Positions 26,179 to 39,880 are shown, numbered from the stretch's first letter. The stretch: 64,000 nt of DNA from Eremomyces bilateralis CBS 781.70 (GCA_010015585.1 ML975149.1), one strand, 5' to 3'. Notes: generated by a model not told the origin, from the sequence alone. Made by a program: numbers and translations.

Positions 26179-26403
26179 TCAGCGAGTCTTAGTGTTCTTC
26201 TTCCCCTTTCCCGTTCTCGCAGGCCTCTGAGTAGCCGGCGCATTTTCAATGACACACTCTCCGCAGGCATCGTCCATCGTGAGGGTCTGCCAGATCTCCC
26301 CGCCGATGCATTGTCGCTGGACCATGGCGGCCTCGGAGCAGTACGCCGCGAAGACCATGTTGGTGTGACCGCATGGATGTGTGTGTGCGTAGAACCGACA
26401 CAT
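26179..26403 (-). CDS. 74-aa Cys/His-rich putative Zn-binding microprotein
   Basis: MCRFYAHTHPCGH-x8-C-x9-C-x14-CGEC followed by a basic tail (GKGKKNTKTR). No signal peptide. Start context AACATCATG. Confidence 0.7.
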   Translation of the reverse strand: MCRFYAHTHPCGHTNMVFAAYCSEAAMVQRQCIGGEIWQTLTMDDACGECVIENAPATQRPARTGKGKKNTKTR

Positions 26404-28000
26404 GATGTTTGGAGAAGTAGCAATGGCTTCGAGAGAACCGGTCACGCTGGAGAGAAGATGTGGGTAAGATTCGCTGGCTGAAAACGACAAGGATGGATTG
26501 GTGAGGGAGGGAATTGGGTTCGAATGGAGACTGAAGTCACAAGGGGGGACGAATTGTAAGTAAGGACTGCGATTGCGATGATTGCGATGAGCGTGCCAAC
26601 ACGTTGCCGTGTCACATCCCGGTTTTATATGCCCACCATACCACTTCTCCTCTCTTTCCTCTCGAGCTCACCGTCAACCCAAGCAATCAATGGGCGCGTA
26701 ACGTTGCCTTCCCGCATCCTGCTAGGAGGGACCCGGCCGTGCATCGCGAAATGATCTGCCAACAGCCTCACTGTGGCCAGATTTTCATGATGGTCCATGT
26801 GTAGGTCTGTGTGTCGAAGGGGAGCGAAGGGACTGGCGCGGCGTCTGCAGCGACGCTGATCAGTGAAGGCAAGCCCGGTTCGGGTATCGAAGTTTTGGGA
26901 GCACAAGCGTGGGCACGTCGGTTAGATGTGGTAACCGGCAGGAAAGGCAGGAAAGATGTGCCTCTTGCAGAAGAGGTGGAAAGAGGAGATATATTGATCG
27001 GGGCAATCAGTGTTACTAAAGGAAAGATATGCCTATTCAGTATACCACCATTACATCTTTTATTGAGAATATACCAAGTTTGGAGAGATAATATCAGGTT
27101 CAATAACGAAGCACCTTGAATTCGAACGTGTATCTACGCGACATCCGCGTGTAGAGCAACCACGGCACAAAGATTGAAGATTGAGTTCAAAAAACAGTGG
27201 AGTCGGATCGGACATCTCTCCTGGATCCAGGTCGGTGGGAATCGGGAAGACGCAGAGACTCGCGTGGAATAAAGCGTGGAATAGCGCTAGAAGGTCGATC
27301 ACATGGGAACGAGCAGAGGCAGAGGCACGTTCAGACAACCTTCGCCATCCATTGTTTGTGACGGACAGCGAAGGGCCCTGCAAGGCGCACAAATTTTTTG
27401 ATTTGCTGACGGAGGTAACCGAGCGCTTCCATCCGCGTCGCGGTTGGTTGGCTTCCCAAATCCTTCTCATAGCCCACCTCTTTCCATGATCGACATACAA
27501 ACTTGGTGGGACGATGTCCTTAAAATGTACGATGCGGATAAGTCCGGCACGGTAGAGGGAGAGATATGATCCGTCGCATAAGCTTTCCGGGCCGTGTTTG
27601 TACCTCTGACGCCAGAATGTTCCGCACGTGTTTGCTTCACGGGGTGATTGGCATCAACTGAATTTCGTCCCAGCCCTTGGATTCAGGCATAATCTAAAGG
27701 CCATGTCACCAAGAAATGACGCTGTCCACCGCATGGTAGGCGAAGGTGATGGCCACGACTCGAAGCGTGATATTTGCGCCAGTACTCATCCGAAAGTGAC
27801 GCGAAACTCTATTTCGCGGATCTTACACTTCGCCGTAGCTCAACGGCCGACTCCCCACCCCCCGGGGAACGCAAGAGCGCCGTGACGGGAAAGCCACGGA
27901 ATTGGTGGTCGACTCGCCTTGATGCTCCGTCGTCGTGCTCGCCGATCCCATCCTTATCACCAAACCACGTGGATGGCGAATTGCTCACGCTGAACCCAGC

Positions 28001-28953
28001 CTAGCCCAATGCTCGTTTTCCCCGTCCGGAAAACCCAAACCCACCTCGTCCACTCCCATCGGGCCCTCGCGGTTCACGGATCGGTTGCTGTGCGTCATCG
28101 TTGGTAGGGGTTGCGGCTCCACGATCTGATGGATCCCGCCGTTGCGCGTACGCGCTGCCTGGTTTGGCCGTATAGCTTGGATCGAAAAGCTGTTTCTTTT
28201 GCGCCGTCGCGGACCTTGCTGGCGACTGCCCTGGCGACGGACGGGGGCTGTGGGAGGAGTCTCGGTCGTTGATGCCTCGCCCTCGTCCCTTTCCTCGGGG
28301 TGGGTTCCTGCTCCCGCTGTTGTTCCGCGAGTGGCGTTGGGATTTCGAGCTCTCTTGATCTTCGGCGTTGGAGCTGCTCGTCCCGAATAACCTGGCGCGA
28401 ACTTCCTCGTATCGTGCGGCTTTCTCCTCGCGCTCTTTTCGAGCACGTTCCTGTCGCTCCTGGAATGACGCCACGTATTTCTTGCGGCGCTCCTCTTCGC
28501 TGTCGTCCTCGTCGTCCATGACTGTGAGAGCCCCCACGCCGGCTGCAAGGTCCGTCTTCGGGGCCGCGGCGGGCGGCTTGCGGCTGAGGACTTTGACGGC
28601 TGGTTTGAAGTCGGACTTGAAGGGGACCTTCTCCTGCGCCGCCAAGAAGAGGTCCGCTGGCTTCTCAATGGATCGTTCGGCATCACTGTAGAAGGTCAGA
28701 CATGTGGCTATGCGTGTCTCGTTCTATGGCGTCCTTACGCGCTCTCCCATAATGCCCGATTCGCCTCTTGATGCTTCGCTCTGCGTTCGGCTCGGGTCAG
28801 GATCACAGGATCTCTGGCGCTAGCCGGCTTCGCTTCTTCTTTCTAAGTACTGGTGAGTATTCGACAGCAGGAGGCATGAATAGATGCACGTACATCGGCA
28901 ATAGATTCCCAATCATCGTCCCATGCGCTAGACATGGCGGACTTGTTACTCAT
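28001..28953 (-). CDS. SUZ-domain protein (SZRD1-like)
   Basis: Exon 1 encodes MSNKSAMSSAWDDDWESIAD, exon 2 ...EANRALWESA, and exon 3 contains VKVLSRKP, REEKAARYEEVRARLFG and the SUZ-C motif IREPRGPDGSGRGGFGF. Confidence 0.85.
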
Positions 28954-29796
28954 GGCGGCTAGCTGTTAGGGATATTGAACAGGTACGGAACTAAGTCGGT
29001 CTTGGGATTGATGGAGGCTTGAAGAGACATGTCGATGCGAAGGTGGATTCTAGAAAGGGGATTCCGAAGTCAATCGCCTAATATCAATCATGATGGCCAA
29101 GGTCGGGGAATGATGCTGATCTCCAATATCCAACAGGAGACCTGACACTCTCAAGGACGGAGCAGAGAAGCTAGCCAGGGACACAACAGAAATGAAAGCC
29201 TCAGGCAGTTAGGCATCAAACACACGTGCTCCAGTCACGTGTATTTGCCGTGATTTGCGGGGCACTCCGCCACAGTAGGGATGATATACGCCACATTTGT
29301 GGTCCAAGGCCCAAGCCGCCAAGCGTCGAGGCCTAGGCACGGACCATATCTCTCATGGCAACAGTTTGGAGACGAGATGAGATTCATGAGAGTTCATCGT
29401 TATATTCAACTCGAGAACCAAATGGCCTCTTTATAGATCCTGGCCACCAGCTAGCCTTGATATTATTATATGGCTTTATTAGGAGGACCCTCACCAATGC
29501 ATGCTACATAGGAAGAGCTTGTGTGCATAACACCGTGCTGATGTCTAGTCAGTAGCTTCGTGTTGAGTGCTCGTCCACACAGTATATCACCTGCCGGTTG
29601 CGCCTTGTGCAAGTCTTCCCTTCCTATCTACCTTTAGATCTCCTTCCCAGTTCCATAGACACGATCTCGTCCATACCCATAATCCCGGCATATCAATTTG
29701 CCCTGTACTGGAAATTCCATCCCAGCGCGCTTCTTCATCGTAGCCAAACGGTACCACAGGTCTAATCCGCAGCCATCTACAGGCAAACCTTTCGGT

Positions 29797-30516
29797 ATGC
29801 ACAAACCGTCTCCAATATCCAACACAACCGACACGGGCATCCCGCCGCCTTCTTTCCCTCAAGTCACCCCTTCCACCCCTCCTCGTCCCGGTTTATCGGC
29901 CGCAGCTCCAGACCCATCCGACCTCACCCCTCCCACCTCGCTCGGCCCCAGCTCACACCCTCCCTCAGCGTCCACATCCTCCCTCACCATCGGCCTGAAG
30001 AACGCGAACGGCAAGAGAACCCATTCCCGCACCGACCTCGACATCATGGGCCCCCCCGCCGAGCCACCCGGGCCGTCCACTTCCATCTCCACCCCTGCTC
30101 CCACCTCCGCGTCCGCGCAAACCGGGACCAAGCGCGCGCACCCGGACTTCGCCGCTATCCACGGACATCGCCTTTCTACATCCTTGGATTTTCGCCCTAG
30201 TACGCCGAATCACGCGGGCATCGTGCCAGAGGGGAATACCTTTGTGCACAAGCCCAGCGGCTACGTCTGGCCGGCCGAGGGGTACGAGGAGTCGCCGGGA
30301 TATAGCTGGACGAATGAGAAGGCGTTGGAGGAATATGCGCGGGCGATGGACTCGCTCGTGCATGTGGAGATGATCGAGGGTTAGTCAATTCCGGCATTGA
30401 TGCGAAAGATCGATGTTAATAACCGCGTAGCTCGATTCGGTGACCCGCTGTTGGCGAAGCGACGGAAGGAGAAACAGCTGCAACAGCCGCAGCAGGCGGA
30501 TGAGGCTATGAAATGA
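29797..30516 (+). CDS. Conserved-looking hypothetical protein (Pro/Ser-rich N-terminus)
   Basis: C-terminal block YVW..EESPGYSWTNEKALEEYARAMDSL...|ARFGDPL. Intron at about 30380-30430. Start uncertain. Confidence 0.65.
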
Positions 30517-30838
30517 CAGATTCCTCAATCAACACCAAGAGAGACAAGGGTTGCTGAGCCAGGAGATGATCGATTGACCGCGTCGGGTGGGCTGATGTAC
30601 TTTCTTGGGAGGCGGAAGTCTCGTGCTCTACTACAGTTGCTACGGACCGAATACCATCAATCTATTACTGAGGGGAGCTGCTGCAGAGAGAAAAGTATTT
30701 CGGCAAAACTATATACTCTGAAATACACAGCTTTAACGCATTCGCAATTGAAGTCGTCTAGCCAACCCAATCACCGTCATGACATCGTATCCCGTAACGC
30801 CACGCAAATGCTCCTCAGAAAGGCGATCTCCAACCCCT

Positions 30839-31747
30839 CTATATCGCATCGCTATCATCCCCATCATCCAGCACGTCGTCATCCTCTTCCTTCCCTTTCT
30901 CCATCTCCTCCACCAGATCCTCCCCATCCATCGTCGTCTCCCCCTGCTCCTCCTCCTCCTCCTCCTCCTCCTCCACCTCATCATGCTCCAACTCCTCCCC
31001 CTCCCCCTCCCCCTCCTCCGCCANNNNNNNNNNNNNNNNNNNNNNNNNNNNNNNNNNNNNNNNNNNNNNNNNNNNNNNNNNNNNNNNNNNNNNNNNNNTC
31101 CCCCCTCCTCACCTTCTTCGCCGGCCTCTCCGCCTCCTCCCTCCGCACCCCGCTCTCCGCCCCCTCCGTCGCTTCTCCGCCTCCCTCATCCTTCTTCGCC
31201 TTCTCCGCCTCCTTCCGGTGCTTGCGGTAGTTGTTTCGCTTGTCGCATTGGATCTCCTGATACTTCTGCATCTCGCGCTCCACGCGTGCCATGAATGGGT
31301 GGAATTCCAGCTCATTCAGCGCCGCGAGGACGTCCGGGCCTTGGATTACGCGGTGGTTGGAGCGCTCGGCGGTGTCGTAGGCACTGCGGGAGTTAGTAGG
31401 GGTTGGAGGGGGTGCGGGGGGACGTACTAGGCAGCGAGGTAGTTCACGAAAACGGTCGCACTTTTCGAGATGGCAAGGAGCGCGTCTTTTTGAATCTGGG
31501 TGTTGGGTGGAAGGACTCCTTTCGAGAGTCGCTGGATCATGGTCTTTGGGAGTGAGAGGTCCTAGGGAGGAGCTTAGCGTTGCATTCATATTGTAGCAAT
31601 TCATATTATAGAGTGATCGATGCGGGATTGTACCTCGACGCTTAATCCTTCCATCTCCTGCTGTTTCGCGGCCAGCTCGGCTGGGCTGAGGTTGTTGGTC
31701 GCATCGTTATCGGCGGAGACGGAGGCGTTAGATTTCCGCGCAGGCAT
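30839..31747 (-). CDS. DPB4: DNA polymerase epsilon subunit D (histone fold, NF-YB-like)
   Basis: DLSLPKTMIQRLSKGVLPPNTQIQKDALLAISKSATVFVNYL...DVLAALNELEF, then an acidic tail ending DDSDAI*. Two introns. The N gap interrupts the last exon. Confidence 0.88.
31024..31098. other. Assembly gap within a CCT/GAG low-complexity tract
   Basis: Run of 75 N flanked by (CCT)n sequence encoding poly-Glu on the minus strand. Confidence 0.99.
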
Positions 31748-31910
31748 TGTTAGTTGGGTTGGTGCAGTTCCGAAGGTTCTTGGGGATATCACTACGCAAC
31801 AGCCGTGCACATGAGGGTATTCAAATTCGAGAGTGTGAATCGTGAAGCATAAAGTAAAAGGGGCGGGGTTGGTAAATGGTGGTGGTCAAGCGGCGGGCAC
31901 TTTTTTGGAG

Positions 31911-31927
31911 ACGCGTCCAGATCGCGT
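31911..31927. promoter_or_regulatory. Paired MCB boxes upstream of DPB4
   Basis: ACGCGT at 31911-16 and TCGCGT at 31922-27, about 165 bp upstream of a DNA replication gene. MBF regulation is inferred. Confidence 0.55.
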
Positions 31928-32591
31928 GAAGCAAGGGGTAAAGTTCGGATATAAAAGGTCTCCCTACTGTAACGTCCCCCGCCTGGAACTCACTCCTCCA
32001 CTTCTATGCCAGAACACCTTTCAAGGCACGGAGTAAAATCACTTTTATTCACCGGTAGGCAAGTCTGTTTATTCGTACATATGGGGGGTAGAAAGGAAGA
32101 TTGCCCTGGTTTGATCTATAATCGATATGGCTTGACCAGCACATAGCCCCCAACACATGATGGGGGAGCGGGTGGACATAATGGAGTTATCGGGGGTGGA
32201 AAAAGCCAGTTTGTAAATGGAACTTCACATGATAGACTATAGATCCATTGCTCCAAACAATGATGAATTGAATTCCACTACTCGATTAAAACTTCGCGAT
32301 GCTCCCGAAATCTCCGTATCATAACGCCGTGATGCTCGGTGGTATCTGTATACGTAAGGAAACCCAAGCAAACACCCATCGCTGATGCAATCCATCCATG
32401 GGAGCGGACGAAGATCGGTTGCTCCAACTCCATGCTATATATGTATGCCCACCAAACGGTGCGGCTTCGCCAAAAACAAAAGGAACACGATGCTCGGGTA
32501 GGGATGACATCAGGGGCAAACGAATGATCGCGAATTTCTTCGTGTCGAGAAAGAGAAGGAACGAGCGTCCAAGGCCGTCTCACTCACGGAT

Positions 32592-35500
32592 TCAGCTATG
32601 CGACGAATGCCTACTAATACTCGACGCCGCACTGAAACTACTCGCCTCGCTCCCCGGCGTCCGCGCCGTCTCGTCCACCTGCAAACTCAACTGCCGCCGC
32701 ACCGGTATGATCCAGTCATGCTGCAACAACTCGGCCGCGCTGCCGCGCTTCGTGGGGTCGCGCTCGAAGCATTTGTTCAAGAAGTCCACGCCCAGGTGAC
32801 TCAACTGATCGCGGCTCGGCAGCTGCGGCGGGTTGCCCTGCGCGATGTTGTACATGATCGCCCACTCGTTGTCTAGTGCCGCCCACGGGCGGCGGCCCGT
32901 CACCATCTCGAGGATCACGCAGCCGAGCGACCAGATGTCGACGGCGCCGAGGCGGCCTTCGGTGTTGCCTTTGATCACTTCAGGGGACATATACATAGGC
33001 GTGCCGGTCATCGAGTTCTGGCGGCCGTGGATGGGGGGTCCGGGGTTGCGGATGCCGGAGAGGTCGGAAGGGCTGACGTTTTGTTGGTGGGTGGAGGATT
33101 GGGCGTGTTGGGGTTCGCGTTGGTATATGAAGGTGGTGCTGTGGCGGGCGATGACTTTGGCGGTACCGAAGTCGACGAATTTGATGATGCCGTCTTGGTC
33201 GAAGAGGATGTCTAGGAAGGCACAGTTAGTACCGCATCACGATGAAATTGAGGTTTGACTTACTCTCGGGCTTGATGTCCCGATGGACCACCCTCCTCTC
33301 GTGCAAATACGCGAGGCCCTCAAGCATCTGCAGCGCATATACCTGGATGATATTCTCATCCTCGATCCGACCATGCTCCAGCAGCGCAGACACGCTACCG
33401 CCATTGCAATACTCCATGAAGATGTACACCTTGTCACGATGCGGCTCGATACCATAGTAGCTCACAATGTTCGGATGGTCGAGCACCTGAAGCACGCTCA
33501 TCTCATCGCGGATTTGGCCCACGATGTTGGGAATGAGTTGCGGATCCTGTAACCGGATCTCCTTGACAGCCATGAGCTGACCCGTGTCCATGTTGAGCGC
33601 GGCATACACCGAGCCGAACGTGCCACCACCAACGAACTGTCCTTGCTGCCAGCGAAGCGTGACGTTGCTTGCACTAGCGGACAAATACGTGAGCGCTCGC
33701 TCGGCCTCGTTGGTCCCTTCCAATACTCGTCCCAGCGCCTGTCTCTCCGATTCTTTTTCTCTTCGCAGTCGCTCAATCTCATCCAGCTGCTCCACCCACT
33801 GCAATCGCACCGCCATGGCACTCTCCTCGTCATCCTTCAATTTGCTCACGTCGAGAAAATGCTTGCCGATTTGCTTCTGCTGCTTCTCGATCTGTGCAGC
33901 CAGCGTGCTCCGTGCGCCCATGATATCGAAGTGGGAGATCAACAGCGACATGCAGCCGGCAACCTTCGCGCGAAGCTTGGCATAATCCCCGTCGGAAAGA
34001 GATAGCAGGTTGTTGCCGCGGGTCATCACCATGGCGAATTCCAGCGCAACAACCGCCCAACGAAACGTCCGCTTATCGGACGCGACGCAGTCGTCGCAGA
34101 TGAAGGCGATCCATTCGAGCGCGAGCTTGGTGAGACGCGCATTGTTGAGCGCACGGCGGTTGAAGTCCATGTAGAGAACGGACCGCTGACCAAACTCCGT
34201 CGCGAAGGCAAAGCAGGTCTGGATGAGTTCCTGACACTCGTAGCCTTTCGTCTGGTTGCGAATGATTTCGACGCTGTCCATGATGGTATTCGAGAGTTTG
34301 TAGGCGGTCTTCTTGATACGGTGCAGCTCCTGGTTGACACGGGGGAGGTTGGCACGTTCTTCGATGAGGATGTTTAGGGGCATGCTGATGGCCTGGGTGA
34401 AGGATAGTTTGGCGTTGGCGAGGCGTTGCTGCGAGCCATCGGCGACCAGACGGAGCCGTCCGGTCTTGAGGTCGAGAACAGGAGATTGGAAAGACATCTT
34501 GACAATGGCGCCGGCCCAAATCAGCGGGCTTTCCGGTTTCAGAATCAACACGTAGGGATTCGAAGGATCGTCGGGATTGTCCTCGGGATGGTAGTAGGTC
34601 CCCATGAGCGAAAAAATATCGGAATCTCGATCCTCCAATGCGGGAGACGCAATGATGTAGATATCTTCGTTTTGGGCCATGGTGTTCTCCACCAGGAAGT
34701 GGCCGGAATAGATGAGGGCGTCGTACAGCTCCATCTGCTGCTCGCGATCGATATTGATGTTGTACTCGGTACAATTCTCGAATCGGTCGGTGAGCGTTCT
34801 CGAGAAGCGGAACAATGCACGCTGTCGGACGCGGACCGAATCGAGGATCAGCTTATACCGCTTCTCCATCTCGTTCTTTCCAATCTCCTCGAGTGGACGG
34901 CGTAGCTCTTGTTCAAAATGGCCGGTCAGTCTCGCCATACTCTTCGAGGTGAGCATGCTGAACTGCTCGGCGACCTCAACATCGCCACCGTTGAGATGCC
35001 GGCCGAGTTCATTGGATGTCGTCCATTCATGAAGCAGGATCTCCGCTTCTTTGAACGTATTCTTGTTGGCGCTCAATTTCCAGTTCAACATTCGGAAATA
35101 AAATTTCATAGCGTCCACGACAACCACGTCGAAGTCTTCCTCAATGCAATCCGGTGGGTCCCAACCCGGTTGTGGGCGAGAAATGATCCCATAGGCTTCC
35201 TTGACAAGAACAGCCAAGTGCAGCAAAAGTTGAAATTGGGCGATCATCTGTTCGGTCATCAGAACACCTTGCTGAGCAGGGTCCTTCATCGACTTTGCGA
35301 GGTCAAGCCTCATTTTGATGATCTCCTTCACCAAGCGAGTGGGGAAGTTAATGAGAATCTGAAGCTCTTCAATGAACGGTGGAAGATGCCTCTCATGGAA
35401 CCCTTCGGCAAACTGGATCACGCTGTCCTTCGCCTTCTGGGTGACCATGGCCAGGCTTCCGAGGATGTTCTTTTCGCGAACCAGCTTCTCCAGAGCGTTC

Positions 35501-36975
35501 TCGCCGGGGTGTCGAGGTTGGCCGAGCAGATGCTGCAAACCGTCATCCCGCATGATCCGATCGACGAAACTGGAGTCATCGTTCAAATGCAGCGAACTCG
35601 AGGTGGAGCTGTCGCCTGGAGTGTCCTGGGGCGAACCTCCATAGCCCAGTCGAGTTCTCGGGTGGCGGAGGTTCAACTCCTCGTTACCAACCCACGTCTT
35701 CAAGGTTTCCAACTCAATATGCATCAACTCCATCGTGTTGAGCCATGCGAGAATGGTCTCGGTCGCGCTTTTGTATTCTCTCGATTGAGCACGAGGCTGC
35801 TCGGTGAGGAGGTCCTTGGTCGTCGGATACATGGACTCGATCTTATCGATCTTCTTGACGATCTCCTTGACCTGTTCCAGAGGTGCTTTGCCGGTCTCGC
35901 TTACCCCTTGTACTTCAAAAGTGATGACCTCTTCGAACATGGTTCGGATATGCTGCCGGCCCTCGTCCAGGAGACGTTGTTGTGTTAATATCGCTCGACC
36001 GCACACCTTTGCGCGAATCTCGAGCCACATTTCCGCTTTGAGCGCATGATCTCCCCTGACGTTTTCCCCGGTACCAATGAGCCGCTTCTTCTCTTGCTTC
36101 ACTACGTCCCCTGTGAGGACGCTGGCAAGCATCGAGTGCCATTCCAATCGCTCTCGGTTGGCGGGGATCTTGAGTTCCTCGACGCTGGGTTGCATGTTAT
36201 CATCGTTCCCATAATACAACAGCGCTTCCGGATCGTAGGAATCGTTGTCGAAATAGTCGGCACTCGCCAGGCTTTCGCCTTCATCATCCGTCGCCGCCTG
36301 CTCGGATGGTGTGTTACTGCCGGGGTCGAGAGAGGGCGTCCGTAGTTCCGGGTCGAAGAAATGGCCCTCACGAGGTCCATCTTGCCGAATTCGCTTCATG
36401 TAGGCCGCTTCCTGTGCTCGGTATTCGGCGTTCGGGTTCCTGGGCCACACCCGGGTCATTGGGTTCGTGTCATTCTGAGACGTCTGTCTTGATGATCGGC
36501 TCAATGAGCTACCCCGTTGTCTACTTGAGCTAGCCTGGGTGTGGTTTGTCGGTCTTCGCTGGGGAGCGTATGTATTCGATGGTGTTCGAACGACACTGGG
36601 ACGCGAGGATCGTCCGCCGGTTTGTATTGGAGGGGGGTTTCCCGAAGAACTCGCGCTGGACGCGTTGGTTTCGTGGGATCCGGTGCCTTCACGATGTCGA
36701 AGAGCGTTCTGTGCGGATGCGGAGGAGCTCCAACTGCCGGCTAGTGGAGGCAGTTCGTCAATCGATGAATCTTGCAATGGGGTCATCATCTCGGATTGCG
36801 AATCGTATCGACCAAGATCGTCGGCGTCCTCAGGACCGCTTCCACCGCTGCCACCGCTACCTTCAGGCATTTCGTCGTGGGATGCGTGGATGGAGGTTGG
36901 GGAGTCCTCCTCCGCACCGTAATGGGTCGGCGAGATAGCGGAGCCATTCGAATGGCCCGCGTCGGAGACTTGCAT
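32592..36975 (-). CDS. SSK2: Stress MAPKKK Ssk2/Ssk22/Wis4 (HOG pathway)
   Basis: N-terminal ERLEWHSMLASVLTGDVVKQEKKR. Kinase motifs GGGTFGSVY, MAVKEIR, HRDIKPEN, DFG and GTPMYMSPE. One intron at about 33212-33263. The first in-frame ATG is 36975; an upstream exon is not excluded. Confidence 0.95.
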
Positions 36976-38392
36976 ACCTTGGTAGAATCTAGGTCGCGAT
37001 GGTTCTTTCGTCTTTAGGAGGCGATCTGTTGACAAATGCCACCGTTGGATCCGTGGTTGGGTTCGGGTTGGTCCTTGCTACAGGACCGGATTCGAAGTGG
37101 CGACCCGATCTCAGCAATGGCTAGCGTCCTCGACGAGGAGACGCTGGAAAAGAACAAACATGCGAGACCACGAGAAAGGAGGGTATGTCGCTATACACCT
37201 GTACAACGAAGATATTAAATTGGTTTTCTCACTCGCATACGGCTCATCCGGAAGGCGAGAGGTTGAATGATCTGTAGGTTGATGGTTGATAGAATCCTAG
37301 AATTGACGAACCAGTCCTAACTCCCAAGCTTCAATCCGGAAACGGGGGATTGCAGCGCCGATCGCGTGGCGGATACTCGAAACCGCCAATCGACTGCAAC
37401 TGGAGTATCAATTTTTAAAAGGTTGAATTTGTGGCGGTGCTGGTATCCCGTCGATAATTGATATCCGTTGATACCTCGCCGTTTCAATATCGTTCTCACT
37501 CGGTCTCCTCTCAGCAACAGCATCTGCTAGGCACAAGCGAGCAGTATTCCCCTAAAATATGGATGGAAGAGAGGGGAAATGCAAAGAGAGGGGAAAGGAG
37601 ACTAGGTGGCTGGTAAGTTTCCGAATAAGGTATCGCGAGCAGCCCGCTAATATGTGTCAGTGTTGTGCCCCCGACTCCTTGGATTGCGATGGGAGAGGGA
37701 ATCGAGATTTGAAATTTTCTAGGGTTTCTTCGCGTTGCTCTTCACGTGCCTGTGCGAAATAATTAGAAATGTTAAATAAATAAGTACAGGGTATTCCAGA
37801 GCCTGATATACGGACGAGTCGGCGGTGAGATGCTTCACAGTGTCAGGTATTTTCATATATCCAAGTCGTTCTACGAGCCTTCATTTTCGTCCCTATCATA
37901 AAGAAGTACTACTGGTACTGAGTACCGAGCCCAAACAAAGGACATCGGCCACGGTCTTTCTTTGGAGGATTTAGTTCGACCATGCTATTGTTGTGCTATT
38001 CTTTCATAACTGCTATGCTACCCGCGCTACCCATCAAGCTTCGAATCGATAGCTTCATTCCCGATCGGTCTAGTTGGATCATTGGGTCAACGGTTTGGAG
38101 GGATGGCGAGCTGTGTGTATGAGAGCTCTTTATCAATGAAACATCGGGTAAATCGCTTCAGAGAGCTTTGGACTACTACTCTTGTTGATGTCGCAGGTGT
38201 TACAGATGTTAATCCACTCATATTGGTATCCATCTTCATTAGTTCACGGGCAAGGGGATTGAAGTTTGAATATATTATCGAATCTAAGGTCGTTTCACTG
38301 ATTACCTTTCATAACCATTGCCGGCATCGCTATGCTGTGTTAACCCATCGAAACCCAAGGCCGAGAGGGAAGTTCCATGCCTGAATGGCCAT

Positions 38393-39880
38393 CTACTTCC
38401 CTCTCTCCTTCTCCAGCCATTCCCCGAACTCTTCCAGCCGCTCCTCTTCATCCTCATCATCGAAGCCCAGCCCCCGGTTGGGGGTCTTATGAAACTTCTC
38501 ATTGCCCTGTGCAATATATGCGATGACCTGCCGGCCTCCAAAGTGGCGGCCATGCATGACCTTTGTAGGGAACAGCGGGATTAGTAGGTGTACGATATTC
38601 ATGGCAGAGAACACACACCTTGACGCATGCTTCGGCCGACTCGGTGTCTGTGTATCGAATCGTAGCAATGCCCTCGGGCTCCTTGTCGAAGAGGACGACG
38701 TTGGTGATATTCCCGAGTTTAGAGCATTCGTCGCGGATGTCCTCTTTGATATCGAGGATGGCCGCTGGATCCTCCTATCGAACGATGAGTTTCCAATCGG
38801 GATGCATCGAAACCCCACTCACCTCGAGTTCGTCCAGGGTGAACATGTGCTTCAGCACCACGGTCTTACTGGTTTTCGACGTCGTTTGATTTGGCGCCAC
38901 CAACTCTTCATCATCGGACCAATCTGCAAGTTTGCTGTACCACGACGAACCCGGCGTCACAAATCAGTACATCCAAATCTGCGCCGTCGAATCCCCGCTC
39001 ACGACCCCCCCACGACGACGGCACGGCCGACGTGCGGCGGGGCCAAAGGGAAGAAACATCGATGCACCCACCTAATCATCTTCTCCCGCTTCTTCTGTGC
39101 CTTCTTCTTCTCCTTCTCACTCCGCTGTTTGCGCTCCGCCTGCAGCTGCTCCTCCGTCTTGCCCGCGTTCTCCTCCACACTCTTCTTGTAGCTCCAGTCC
39201 GCCTCCTTGACGCGGATGTTCCCCCGCCCGTCGCCGGGCCGCAGCTCCGAGTCGTCGAGCATCTGCACGGCGAGGCGGACGCTTTCCGGGCGGAAGTACA
39301 CAACTAGCGCGTCACCCTTGGGCATGTCCTGCTCATCGGTGTAGATCTTGATCCGCAGGTTTTTGCTATCCAGCTCCTCCGCGATGACCCCGTACCGCGA
39401 GAACACCTCACTCAGTTCCTCCACCGTGATATCCGGGGGCAAGTTCGTGACGTAAACGGCTTTGTTCTTCGGCTTGTTCTCCTGGCCCGGCGGGTTCGCA
39501 ACGTCACCCTTCCGCTTCTTCGAGCCCCCGCCGCCATCGCCTTCCGCCATCCGCTTTTTCCGCTTCTCCCGCAGCGTCCGCGCATCCACCGCCTCTTCCT
39601 CGTTGATTCCTTGCACGCGGTACACTTCCGACTGCCGTGCCAGTTCCTCCTCGTCGACGACAGGCATCCAGCGATCGAGGGACTCGTTCCATTCCCATTC
39701 GGTGTCGTCTGAGGGCTCTTCCAGCACGTATTTGCCGTCGAGTTTACTGTAGGAGACCCGAGGGTCGGAGAGGAAGGTGTCGGGGTCGTGGGGGAATGCG
39801 GGACGGTTTGGAGCAGGAGGTGGATGGGAGGGAGCCTGACCAGCGGTGGACTCGCCTGCTAGCGGTTTGAGTTGTGGCAT
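38393..39880 (-). CDS. CUS2: U2 snRNP-associated factor Cus2/Uap2/TAT-SF1 (RRM + UHM)
   Basis: Contains AVYVTNLP, KGDALVVYFRPESV, KLADWSDD, VVLKHMFTLDEL, DIKEDIRDEC and FGGRQVIA. Three introns. Confidence 0.92.

Noticed and set aside
27060..27500. Overlapping 146-aa and 102-aa ORFs
   Set aside because: Non-ATG starts and no motifs or codon bias. Probably intergenic or regulatory.
30574..31294. Poly-Pro/poly-Leu ORFs spanning the N gap
   Set aside because: They are the antisense of the DPB4 poly-Glu tail, and frame across the gap is meaningless.
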